DNA of 63,407 bases, counting the filler, from Rozella allomycis CSF55 (taxonomy: Eukaryota): assembly GCA_000442015.1 (NCBI GenBank). It is 12 parts of 12 records of this genome, joined end to end, with 100 filler letters (N's around TTAATTAATTAA, not from the genome) between each part and the next. Parts side by side here need not be neighbours in the genome. Positions count along the whole stretch, not along the records: positions 23,148 to 27,832 come from KE561121.1; positions 27,933 to 29,487 come from KE561123.1; positions 29,588 to 33,272 come from KE561125.1; positions 33,373 to 36,961 come from KE561126.1; positions 37,062 to 40,564 come from KE561128.1; 7 more parts are not named here. The stretch is one strand, 5' to 3'. The notes under the pieces were generated by a model. It searched no databases. It worked only from the letters and a program-made list of their open reading frames with translations, and was not told the origin of the DNA. Position 1 is the first letter of the stretch, and every line of letters begins with the position of its first letter. The translations under genes and the position numbers were made by a program. Below, one piece after another: positions 25,500-38,034 of this stretch.

Positions 25500-27832
25500 C
25501 TCGATATTATTTCTGCGTGACGCAGAGGTATTTCTGTGAACAAGTGACGTCAGTTCCTGGGTCGTCGCGGTTGTCCTTGAGGCTGGTTTATTGGACGTGG
25601 TTCCGGGCGCCTATTATTTGCATTGGGGATGTTACGTTGTTTCCACAAAATTTGGTGTATAGCTTTGAGCCATAAGTCCATAATATGGAGTATTGTTATT
25701 TCAGCTTTATGAGAGGGGATGCCTAAGTTCGTGAGTCTTTGAAGGAGATACTTGGTGATTATACCTTTGCCGGGTGGGGTGAGTAGGATGTTAGCATGGT
25801 TAAATCTTACAAAGTGAAGGAGTTGATCATTGGTCATATTGATTTGTGACAGAATTGTTTCTGAGATATGTTCTAGGACAAAGCTGTTCATTGTAGGGAA
25901 TATGGCTACGTTACCTGGACATTCAATAACATGTCCTTGATTTTCATCAGGGTGGTAGCATCGCGGACATGGTGGTTTGTGTCGTTTTTAAAGTTTACGG
26001 GGAGCGCATTAGAATAGTATTTTACTCGGAAAGATGTTTCAATAGATGATAACGTCTATGTTTTTGGGTTAAGAAGTTTGAGTGTTATTTCATGAAGCGT
26101 GTCCTGACGGGGTGCTCCGAAATATCGTTCAAAGGCATCTTGGATTGCGGAGAGGGTGTGATGTTGGTTTAATAGTCCAATAATAGTTTTTGGTCTTGTG
26201 TCATACCTGCATTGAATGTGATGAATATATGTAAGTCTGTGTATTGTGTTGTTTAGATAGTTAAATAATTTTTGTTTTGGAGCTTTTGTAGAGGCATACT
26301 TTGCCATACTATCTGCCGGTTCGTTCCATTTTACACCCGAATGGGCCGTAATTTTGAACAAGTTCGTCTGAGCTTGCCGTTGTAATAGTAAATGCTGTAA
26401 TAAATCTATTAATGCTTGTTTGTTAAACTGTATTCTATCTCCTTCAGTCCAGATGATTTGGTTTTGTATGTAGCGTATTGTGGTTATAGCGTTAAGTGAG
26501 TCTGTGTATTTATTAAAAGGCGCTGTTGTTGGGGTATGTGTAAGACATTTAATAGTGGCAACTAATTCGGCCCTAGTGGAGTTTAGAGGTCCGTCCAGGT
26601 TGGTAATGATTTGTTTGCTCATGTGGCCAGATAATGGGTTACTTTGATTGTAGTTTGCAATCAGTAGAGCGCTTGAGCCCTTTTGTCTAGTTGTAATATT
26701 TGTTGAACCGTTAGTAAAAAAGCTGTACGTGTTGGTGACCAGTGACTGGTTAGGTTCCGTTCTAAAAGGTGATGGTAATGGTACGAGTTGTTCGTCATGT
26801 TGACGTCCTCGTGTTGGGCGTTGTCGCCTTTTGGAAGGCTGTTGGTATTCACGTTTTAAAGTAAGAACAGTGTTGGGGTTCACTGCATCTATTGAAGGTA
26901 GGCAAAGAACTTGTTGGAGTGCTAGGTAGGCTGATGGAATGAGGGCTGTGGTTTGCTCCTCTAGGTTTTGTCTAGTAGTGTCTTGAATTAATTAAACGCT
27001 ATCATAGATAAACCATTTTGCGAACTTATGTCTGCCACAGTGTGAATGTTCATGGCTTTTAGGTCTTTATAGACAAGCGGGTAGATATGCTGTGGGAAAA
27101 GTTTATAGATATTGATTGAACTAGACCGAATGGCTCTGGGTAAGGGTCGTATAGCCAGTTGGTGTTAAAACAGTTTGTTACTTATGTATGATATTAGATA
27201 CATGGTGTGCTTCGGTGCCAGCAGAGGGCACTCAAGTGGGTTTTGGGGTAGGCTAAATTGAAATTGGTACTCTTGAATCGCTGTGCGCAAAATGTCACCA
27301 GCGTTTCTGAACGGTATATTGTGAACATATTCGTTATCATATTTTTGGTGTGCACATCCTAAAAGGAAGGTATGTGAAGTGCTATGCGTGCTTCTAACAT
27401 CCAGTTGGGAGTGTTGCGAGGTATTTGGAATTTGCGTTTCACGGCTTGTCTGATTACAGTGTCAATTTGTTTGTATTGGGTGAAATTAAGTGGTGTTACT
27501 TGAAGGCGGTAGTTGAGTGTCTTGTGAATTACTGCTTGCACTATGTACTGTGCAATGTGAGTAGGTGTATGTTTTCTATGTTTGATGTTTAGCGTTCGCT
27601 TAAGTGCATTTAAAACGTGTTTAAACGTTTGACTATGCGAAGAGTCCAAGCTCAGTTAGCCACCACGTACTTTACTTAAATTTGTCTTTTCAAGTGCCAT
27701 AATGGCTGAAGTTCGACACGGACATGTTGTACAGTGCAGAAATCGGGTGTCATCGTTCAGCAGATTGGTAGCTATATTGGTCTTGAAGACGCAAAAGCCT
27801 GGTCGTTTATTACTACAGGGAAGGTATAGGTT
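25500..27832 (-). mobile_element. 3' part of a LINE: end of RT, RNase H domain, Cys/His knuckle (degenerate)
   Basis: FFTNGS, NSTRAELVA, YTDS, KITAHSGVKWNEPAD (RNase H) and CPRC..ENQGHVIEC. 26740-27830 is homologous to 32000-33150 on the opposite strand. Confidence 0.85.
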
Positions 27833-27932
27833 NNNNNNNNNNNNNNNNNNNNNNNNNNNNNNNNNNNNNNNNNNNNTTAATTAATTAANNNNNNNNNNNN
27901 NNNNNNNNNNNNNNNNNNNNNNNNNNNNNNNN

Positions 27933-29487
27933 TTTTTCCATTTTTGAACATAGTATCAATACCTTGATCATCCAGTTGACTGATTGACAAAAGATTTTCA
28001 GAGATATCCGATGAATAGAGGACTCGATTCAGGTCAAATGTACTGCTTTGAAGTTTTCCAATTTCTGTAGCATAAATGAATTCACCGTTTGCAACTTTGA
28101 TAGGATGAGTAATAGAGGCATAAGATTGTAATCCGGCTTTATTGGATACAATAGTATCAGTGGCACCAGAATCTGCATTGAAACGAATAGTGGACACAAG
28201 TGCATTGGCTTCGGAGCTTCTGAATTTCCTGTTTTTCTTGCAAGTGAAGGAATTTGGCTTGTGGTTTACTTGGGTGCCGGATAAGCCACTGTTGATACAA
28301 ATGGAGCATGTGGGGGCAAGGTCTGGATGGCAGTACCAGCAAGTGTCTTTAACCTTGTGATGTTCACAGTATTTTGCCGATGCTTCTTTGTCGATTCTTT
28401 GAATTGTTGTTGAGGATGCTTGTTGTGATGTTTCTTCCCTTGCCAGTGATTGAAATAGATTGTCTAGCGTAAGGGTGCTTTTGTTTGTTTCTTTAATGGT
28501 TGAACGCAAAGNGGTGCTTGCTTGAGTCCATTGAAACTCTTTTATAAGTGCCAGACTTGGGTGAAGATACGTCGGTATATCCTTCACGTTGTCTCATATA
28601 AATATCGTCTGGACGGCTGCCATTACGCAATTCTCCTGTGACATCCATTTTATGAAAAGGTATGTCCATTTTTGCCGCCATTGTTCGGAATAAGCGTAAC
28701 GACTCTTTCTTGGGGACTGGAGCATAATGTTCTTTATAGACTACCCCTTTAACATGACTGTAGTCACAGGCAAAGAGACGGACCTTATACTTGGTCACTT
28801 CACCTTCTGGATCAATGGTTGAACGCAAAGCATGATAATTCATTGGTAAGTTCACTAGCGAAAAGATTGAGACAAGAGATCCAATAGAGATGGATGACTC
28901 GTTCTTGAAAGCTACCCGAAGATCCCTTTGTAAACTTAATAAATTTGTCATATTTTCTAGCATTGAAGGTTTAGATATTTGAAGTTAATCATGCTATTGA
29001 TTGCGTTACCTTTGTGGACAAGTTTGATGTGAGGAATGTTTCCTTGAGATAAGTTCCAGATGGTGTTGCTATTGAGGTCGGAGTCGATGATTTGTAATGA
29101 ACGAAAAGCATTTTGTGTCTAGCGGTTGTCATAGCTTCGCTCACATTAATAGAGTTACATATACCCAGGTTCGCGCGCTAGGATTTCGTCTGCGATGGTG
29201 CATATTAGAAGTGAAGCTACTTGGCCGTTCGTCTTTTGTTGGTCCCGATTGATTGATTGATTGAAGGTACAGTTTGACGCGTTTAGTCCAAATATGATAA
29301 CCTTGCTTACGTGTCAGGGTCTTGATGTTGGCCTTGTGCATTTGATATGAAGTGTTTGTATCTTAGTTNGTGCATTTGATATGAAGTGTTTGTATCTTAG
29401 TTTGCTGGGAATTGTTTGTGTTCGCTGTATACTGTTTTCGTCTGTGACATTTGCTGATAATGTATTGAGTTAGAGTAAGAAAGGTAG
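27933..29487 (-). mobile_element. Ty1/copia fragments (gag, protease DSGAT, plus an RT piece), rearranged
   Basis: LVNLPMNYHALR (gag), FNADSGATD..IKVANG..NLLSISQLD (protease region), YKVRLFA..YAPV..MDV..IYMRQ.EG (RT). Confidence 0.8.
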
Positions 29488-29587
29488 NNNNNNNNNNNNN
29501 NNNNNNNNNNNNNNNNNNNNNNNNNNNNNNNTTAATTAATTAANNNNNNNNNNNNNNNNNNNNNNNNNNNNNNNNNNNNNNNNNNNN

Positions 29588-32500
29588 AATGCCACCATAA
29601 ACCCACAAATGGATCGATGCGAGTCAGCAAAAGCTGTAAACTCCAACGCTCCTGAAAATACTATTCTAAAATTTCTTATAAATCATGGATTTAAGGACCC
29701 CGACCGGGATCTTTACCCTTGTACAAAGAACTTTACCTATAGCAATACCTCACGAATAGATTTCTTTCTTATAAACAACCCATTGCATAACGCGGTTAGA
29801 GACTGTGCCATTATCAGCAGTAATATGGATACCGACTCAAAGCTATTAAATTGAGGATGCAAATACCAATTGCTTTGCCAAAATACAAATCATTTGAGTA
29901 TAGTAGGTGGAAAATAGACATCGACACCATTACTGATACAGACATAGAGGCGTTTAAGACGGCCTTAAGCACTAATAAATATATATTTAGCAGCTTATCA
30001 AAAACATGCAAACGAATCATACACTCAACTACACCCACCACTTAAACCAAATTCAATACCTTATTCGCAAATCGGCAAAGCAGACGCTGGCCATNGCGGT
30101 TAGAGACTGTGCCATTATCAGCAGTAATATGGATACCGACTCAAAGCTATTAAATTGAGGATGCAAATACCAATTGCTTTGCCAAAATACAAACCATTTG
30201 AGTATAGTAGATGGAAAATAGACAACGACACCATCACTGATACGGACATAGAGGCGTTTAAGGCGACCTTAAGCACTAATAAATATATTCAGCAGCTAAT
30301 TAAAAAAATGCAAAAGAATCATACACTCAACTACACCCACCACTTGAACCAAATTCAATACCTTATTCGCAAATCGGCAAAGCAGACGCTGCCCATTAAA
30401 AACATAAAATCAACACGCAATACTAAATACACACCATCGGCACTACTTCGTGACATTAAAAGGTTAATACGAGCAAAGCAGCAGGACTACCAAATATGTA
30501 ATAGCGCCCTGACTGCGATCGCCACTCGCCACGACTACGAAATTATAGAGAGTATGCCCACCAAAGAATGTATAGATTCATTACTTAAACACATTAATAA
30601 CTTACGAAAGAAAATTTTAATTACAACAATTAGGCAAAAGTGCAAGGCCCGNGTCCTGACTACGATCGACACCCGCCATGACTACGAAATTAATGAGAGT
30701 ATGCCCACCGAAGAATGTATAGATTCATTACTCAAACACATTAATAAATTACGAAAAAAGATTTTAATTACAACAATTAGGCAAAAGTGCAAGGCCCGTG
30801 AAAAACATTTCATGGAACGCATTAAACGAACACGTAAAGCCATCTTTGATGACAATGAAATCCCTTTATTAAACTACTTTATGGATCAGGATTCAATATT
30901 AGTTGAACCAATGCAAGTTAAAAGTAAAATGTTATCATACTACAAAAACAACATCTACGCTGCACAAAATAACCACCTACCAAACTTACAGCGCTTGCCN
31001 ACGCTTGCCCCAAGAATGGCAAGATATTTATACTCCGCCGCCAATTCCACAGGGCTCAATACAAAAGCTCATGCAATGTATTACAACTGAAGAACTTCTA
31101 AATGCTCTATCAAACGCACCANAAAGAATGGCAAGATATTTTTACCCCGCCGCCAATTCCACAGGGCTTAATACAAAAGCTCATGCAATGAATTACAACT
31201 GAAGAACTTCTAAATGCTCTATCAAACGCACCAACAAATAAAGCCCCTGGACCATCGGGCATAACCTTTGAATTGCTTAGACTTTTACCACTACCCATTT
31301 TCACAATTAGCACGCAATGTTTTAATAACATCATTACATTTGGCACAATACCAACGAGTCTTTAACAAATGAACCTAATCATTCTCCCAAAAGATAAAAC
31401 ATGGAAAGGTGACATTATCCGCACACGCCAGATTTCGTTACTAGAGTGTATTAAGAAACTTCTGTCATCCGTAATTACCAATCGAGTACAAATATATCTT
31501 TGAAAACAACCTCTTAAAGGGGGCCAACGCAGGCTTTACACCAGGGCATGATTGTACAGATGTGTTAATGTCACTGCGCACTACTATTGACCATGCCAAC
31601 GCAAACCAACAACCACTATATATATTCACAATAGATATTCAAAAGGCATATGACACAGTTAAGCCATCGTCCATGTACTTGGCTTTACACCGACTTGGCA
31701 TTCCCCCAACACTTATTAATAGTATTATTAGCCTCGAAATGTCCCGCGACATTAAAATACTAACATATTTCGGACCTACAGATACATTTACACCAGAGCG
31801 GTCCATAGCCCAAGGTTCACCCGCATCGTGTATACTGTTTAAAACTCACTGTGATCCGTTGTTTATAATGACCACCAAACATAACATCCGTTACAAAATT
31901 GATCGAACATTTGTAACCACAATCGGTTATGCTGATGATATGCACTCCGTCACATGGACCTTAGAGGCGCTTCAAACTGCCACAAACATAACCTATACTT
32001 TCCTTGTAGTAATACACGACCAGGCTATCTGCGTCCTCAAAACCAATCTCGCTACCAATCTGCTGAAAGATGACACCAGATGTCCGCATTGTATAACATT
32101 TACGTGTAGAACATCCGCCATTATGGCATTTGGTAAAGTACTTGGTTGCCAATTGAGCTTGGACTCTTCCAATTGTCAAACTTTTAAACATGCTTTAAAT
32201 GCACTTAAGCGAACGCTAAACATTATACATAGAAAACATACTCCTACCCNGATTCCTCCCATTGTCAAACGTTTAAACATGCTTTAAATGCACTTAAGCG
32301 AACGCTAAACGTTATACATAGAAAACATACTCCTACCCACATTGCACAGTACATAGTGCAAGCAGTGATTCGCCAGACACTCAACTACCGCCTTCAAGTA
32401 ACACCACTTAACATAACCCAATACAAACAAATTGACATTGTCATCAGACAAGCCGTTAAACGCAAATTCCAAATACCTCGCAACACTCCCAACTGGCTGT

Positions 32501-33272
32501 TAGAAGCACGCATAGCACTTCACATACCCTCCTTTCAGGAAGGGCACACCAAAACTATGATAACGAATATGTCCACACTATACCGTTCAGACAAGTTCTC
32601 TGGGGACATTATGCGCGCAGCAATTCAAGAGTACCAACTCCAATTTATCTTGAGTGCCCTCTGCCAGCACCGAAACAAACCATGTATCTAATACCATACT
32701 TAAGTAACAAACTGTTTCAACACCCATTAGCTATGAGATCCTTACCCAGAGCCATTCAGTCTAGTTCAATCAATATCTATAAACTCATCCCACACCATAT
32801 ATACCCGCTTGTCTTTAAAGAGCTAAAAGCCATGAACATTCACAATGTAGCAGACATAAGTTCGCAAAGTGGTTTATCTATGTTATCTTTTAATCAATTT
32901 AAACAGAACATCAAAAACCTAACTACTAGGCAAAACCTAGAGGAACAAACCACAGTTCTCATTCCATCAGCCTACTTAGCACTCCAATAAGTTCTTTGCC
33001 TACATCCAATGGATGACGTTAACCCCAACACTGTCTGTACTTGAAAACGTGAATACCAACAGCCTTCCAAACGACGACAACGCCCAACACGAGGACGACA
33101 ACATGACGAACCACTCGGACCATTACCATCACCTCTTAGAACGGAACCNATACCCGCTTGTCTTTAAAGAGCTAAAAGCCATGAACATTCACAATGTAGC
33201 AGACATAAGTTCGCAAAGTGGTTTATCTATGTTATCTTTTAATCAATTTAAACAGAACATCAAAAACCTAAC
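29588..33272 (+). mobile_element. LINE ORF2 (APE endonuclease + reverse transcriptase), fragmented by assembly junctions and stops
   Basis: FTYSNTSRIDFFL (APE), KAPGPSGI, R.ISLLE, AGF, DIQKAYD, QGSPASCILF, GYADD. Confidence 0.88.
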
Positions 33273-33373
33273 NNNNNNNNNNNNNNNNNNNNNNNNNNNN
33301 NNNNNNNNNNNNNNNNTTAATTAATTAANNNNNNNNNNNNNNNNNNNNNNNNNNNNNNNNNNNNNNNNNNNNC

Positions 33374-36300
33374 CAAATGCAACAAAAAAGATTGGGCTCA
33401 ACATTGGATGGCTCAATTTCCAAAGAAACATCGAAACTTGAAATCGAGAAAGCTGAAACATTTGACAAATATACCTTACCTCTTTCGTCGCCCAATAATC
33501 ACCTTGTTAACAAAAATGAGATTCTTACAAATAATCCAAAATTTGCTCCATCTAAGTTAAACACGATGAAAGATTTACCAACATTTGAATATATCAATCA
33601 ATTGTCAGCAAGGAGCGGTCGACGTCTGGCAGAAAGCAAACAATGTCTTGATTTACACTTAAATCCTTCTTCATCATTACCTCTATCTATTTCTAACATT
33701 AAAAATGACAACGAAATCACCCCAAATCGTCAAACAAACAAAAAAGCATTAGTTGAACCATCTTGTATTCCCTTTTGCACGAGAACTCTTAAACAACCAG
33801 GTCTACATAAATCAGACAAAAATCAAATCTTACCATCAATGGAAACAAGGCAAATTTCGAAGCCTACAGATCCAAAGAGACGTGAAAGGTTCCAGCATAC
33901 AATGTCAACAGACGGCCGACGTGTCTGTTCTGTAGATCAATCAAATATTCCAGCTTCATCATTGTCTAAAGTGAATTTTTCAAAGAAGTTATTACCTAAA
34001 GAATGTGCAAAGAACATTGCCAAAAAGGCAAAGTCGAAAATTTGGGAATCTTCTTTAAGTAAAACTCCTTCAAAAACTAAATATTTTAAAAAATTAACCT
34101 ACCTTAAATATATAAATGACCTTGAGTGTGGAGAGGGAGGTGATAATTGCAAAAGCGAGAGAAGTGGAGAGGGTTGGAGACCGAGTATAGAGAATCTAAG
34201 AAATATATATCACAATAAAGAAAAGTATCCACCAAGAAAGGTAGAAATTGATTTGGACAATAGACAAACTGTAGGAAACGAATTCGAAGTCGAGCATAAA
34301 ATGGAAACTGATAACAGGCAGTGTGGATCAAACGACACCAAAGAAACAAATTATTTTATGAATCAAGTCAACAATGAGGAGGAAATTGTAGAAATTAGTC
34401 CAGCGATGGACTTGGCTGAGAAGGGAGGAGTAAAGAAAATTGGAAAAGAGGATGGAATAGCCAAGGAAATCCTAATGGGAAACCTCAACAAAAGCAAAGT
34501 GGAAAAAGAATTTGATGTGATGATGGATGGATCAAAAGGGGGAATGCCAAGTATACCGTCCTATTTCACTAATGGAAAAGAAATGAGTGCCGGACATGGA
34601 AACAAGAGCGACAAAAGAGATGCATCCCAGATTGAATTTCGAAAGATTAAAATGGAAAATGATGAGAGTAAAATGGGAATGGAATCTGATTCGAACGCGA
34701 AAAAAAAGACTTTAGACTATGCGGAGAGAAAAAATGAATTGGAACCCAGATCAGATTTTGATCAGCTAGAAGTAATAGAAGATGAGAGTGCAGGCAGAGC
34801 AGATCATAAAATAGCGATAGATGTTAATAAGGGGAGAGTAATGGGAGTCGAAGCAATAAAGGGCAATGCAAAAGATATAAAACAGGGAAGAGTAATGGGG
34901 AAAGATGATAAAAAGGGGGGCGTAGATGAGAAAGCAATATTACAATTTAAGAAGATTGAGAATCGAAAAGACATAGAGGGATGGGTAATGGGTAGAGAGA
35001 AAATGGAGGGAGGCGTAGATGAGAAATTAATACTCAAATTAATTAATTCCAATGAGGGAGGAGCAATGGGAATCGAGAAATTGAAGGGAAGTGTAAATGA
35101 AAAATCAATATTCAATTTCAATATCGAGAAAATGAAGGGAAGTGTAAATGAGCAATCAATATCCAATCTCAATAACTCTAATAAGGGAGGAGTAATGGGA
35201 ATCGAGAAAATGAAGGGAAGTGTAAATGAGAAATCAATGTTCATATTCAATAACTCTAATAAGGGAGGAGTAATGGGAGAAGATGATGAACAGGGAGGAG
35301 TAACGGAGACGGGAGGTGTAGTCCAAAGGGATCTGAATATAAGCAATTATGATGACGAAGAGGGAGGAGTAGATGTCCTAATGGATCTGAAATTCCATCA
35401 AGTTAAACAAAAACAGGGAGGCGTGAAGGAGAAGGGAGGTGTAGTCGAAAAACTTAAATTTAATTTACATAAAATGATATTAGAAGATTATGAGGGAGGC
35501 GTAGATGTAGTGATGGGTCCAGAATTTGAAAAAAATGATATAGAAATAGAAGAGGGGGGAGTAATGGGAAATGATAATGAAAAGGGAGGTGTAGATGTGG
35601 AAAATAAATCCAGAAAAGATAATGAAAAGGGAGGTGTAAATGTAAGTGTGGAGAGAGGCGTGCATTCAAATTCATTCTTCGGTTGGCAAAAGCGCAACAT
35701 AAAAAGAGGAGAGGGAAGTGTAAGAAAAAGGAAAAATCCAAATAATTTTATTTTAAATCAGGAAGATGAAAGCTCAATCAATTCCTTCTTCTCAAGAAGG
35801 AAGAGATNAGAGGAAGCGGGGATTCAAATTCATTCTTCGGTTTATCAAAACGAAACATAGAGAGAGGAGAGGGAAGTGTAAGAAAAAGAAAAAATCCATA
35901 TNGTATATGAGAGAAATAGAGTAGTTTGTTCAACCAACGCAGGAGATAAATTCAAGAAAATAAATGAGAAAGAAGTTCCAATGGGAGAGAGAGAAGCAGA
36001 TGAAGTATCAAGACAAGAATTACATAAAGGGAAACAAGAAGATGAAGATGACATTGAAAATGAAAGAAAAGAAACACTTGGGATAACGATGGAATCTATA
36101 GGGAATAATAAAGAAGGGATGGACCTAACTGGTGATGCGGGGGGCTTAAAAATGTTAGGGGGTCTCATAAAGAAATTAAATATAGAAAAGGGGAGCGTAA
36201 AAGAGTTGACGGAACCAATTTATACAACGATAATAGATGGAAATCAGGATACAATAAACATAGACTTTGGTGAGGGATGGGTAATGGGTAGAGAGAAAAT

Positions 36301-36961
36301 AGAGGGAGGCGTAGATGAGAAATCAACATTCAAATTACTTAATTCCAGAATNATTAATTCCAATAAGGGAGGAGTAATGGGAATCCAGAGAATGAAGGGA
36401 GGCGTAAATGAGAATTCAATAGTCAATTTCAATAACTCTAATAAGGGAGGAGTAATGGGAGAAGATGATGAACAGGGAGGAGTAACGGAGAAGGGAGGTG
36501 TAGTCCAAAGGGATCTGAATATACACAATTATGATGAAGAAGAGGGAGGTGTAGACGTTTTAACGGAACTAGAATTTGAACAAACTAAAAAGAAATTAGT
36601 ACAGGGAGGTGTAAAGGAAAAGGGAGGTGTAGTCGAGAGGATTGAAACTGATTTGAATAACCTGACTAAAGCGATAATAGAAAATGATTATGAGACAGAA
36701 GTTAAAGAGGGAGGAGTAAAGGAGCAGGGAGGTGTAGTCGAGAGGGCTTTAGATATAATGAAATTCGAAGATGATGAGGGAGGAGTAGATGTGTTGATGG
36801 GTCCGGAATTTGATAAATTAGAAAAAGAAATTAAGGAGGGAGGAGTAAAGGAGCAGGGAGGTGTAATCACAAGGGATTTCGATATAATGATATTAGATGA
36901 TGATGAGAGATTTGATTCAACCTTCGGTTTATCAAAACGAAACATAAAAAGAGGGGAGGGA
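33374..36961 (+). CDS. Large orphan low-complexity protein with tandem GGV-containing repeats (partial, spans junctions)
   Basis: More than 800 codons open in one frame, then a second frame after junctions. Dozens of (K/E)GGV(M/D/V/K) motifs in an E/K/N-rich background; no recognisable domain. Confidence 0.55.
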
Positions 36962-37061
36962 NNNNNNNNNNNNNNNNNNNNNNNNNNNNNNNNNNNNNNN
37001 NNNNNTTAATTAATTAANNNNNNNNNNNNNNNNNNNNNNNNNNNNNNNNNNNNNNNNNNNN

Positions 37062-37156
37062 GGAATTCGGGTATTATTGTGGGGAGTATTGCTGCTGGCC
37101 TCGGACTATTAGGAGTTGGATCATTTGCATACAAGAAGCGTAAGAAAGCCATTTAA
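37062..37156 (+). CDS. C-terminal fragment of a membrane-anchored protein
   Basis: Reads NSGIIVGSIAAGLGLLGVGSFAYKKRKKAI* directly after a gap: TM helix plus basic tail. Confidence 0.55.
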
Positions 37157-38034
37157 CTATTTAATTTTATAAATTCTATTTAATTGAAAATCTCTTTACT
37201 CTATAAGTAATATCTTAAATGGCAAGTCTTACATTTACCTAATACACTAAAGAGATATTATATACGTACTTGCACCAATTTTTTTTCAAATACCAACTAT
37301 GTATACATGTGTACAAGTAAGCTTTGCAAATGCCCATTCTCTGATTCCCAAGAACGAATGGAATTCTCGAAAGTCATAAAAACACATTTCTGCGAGGACA
37401 ATTATGTTGTATATGGCCTTCAACCATCCAAATGCAAAGTGATATCTGCGAAACTTTGAAAATGAATTTGAAGATTTTTCATTAGTTAAAGTTCGGCTGC
37501 AGCATGATACACTACTGTATACAAAGAAAAAAGCCATCAAATATTTATGTGTTGCTAAATTTTTGCGAAACTTTTTGAAACTAGTCCAAAGTCTGAGAAA
37601 ACTACTTAATTGGGTATTTAAAGTTATCTTTGTTGGAAAAATCATCGTTTGTAATTCAATTCGGCAGAATATGCAAGCCTTGCATTTCGCGAGCGGAGCC
37701 ACATCCTACCCACAAGAATACATGAAAAGTTGGAGGAATACATTAAGAATTCTATTAAATTTGTAATCGCCGCAATATAGCCTTTAATCCCTTTGGTAAA
37801 GATATAAATATCTTTTACCCGCAAAACTATTTTTAGAATCAAATTCGGTTATTAATAGCAGGGATCTATTTTTAAATGGTGACGGCACATGACCAAAGCC
37901 AAGCCAGACCAGCCAAGCCACAAGAAAAATGTTATTCTGGGGTCTGTTGACAGTTGTGACGGTGATTGCTGGCTCTTCATCTTTTGAGCAAAAACTTGGC
38001 GAGTTAGCTGCAGTAAAAGACTTGGGAAGTGAGN

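Noticed and set aside
34804-36945. Minus-strand TPP-rich ORFs
   Set aside because: They are the antisense shadow of the GGV repeat ORF.
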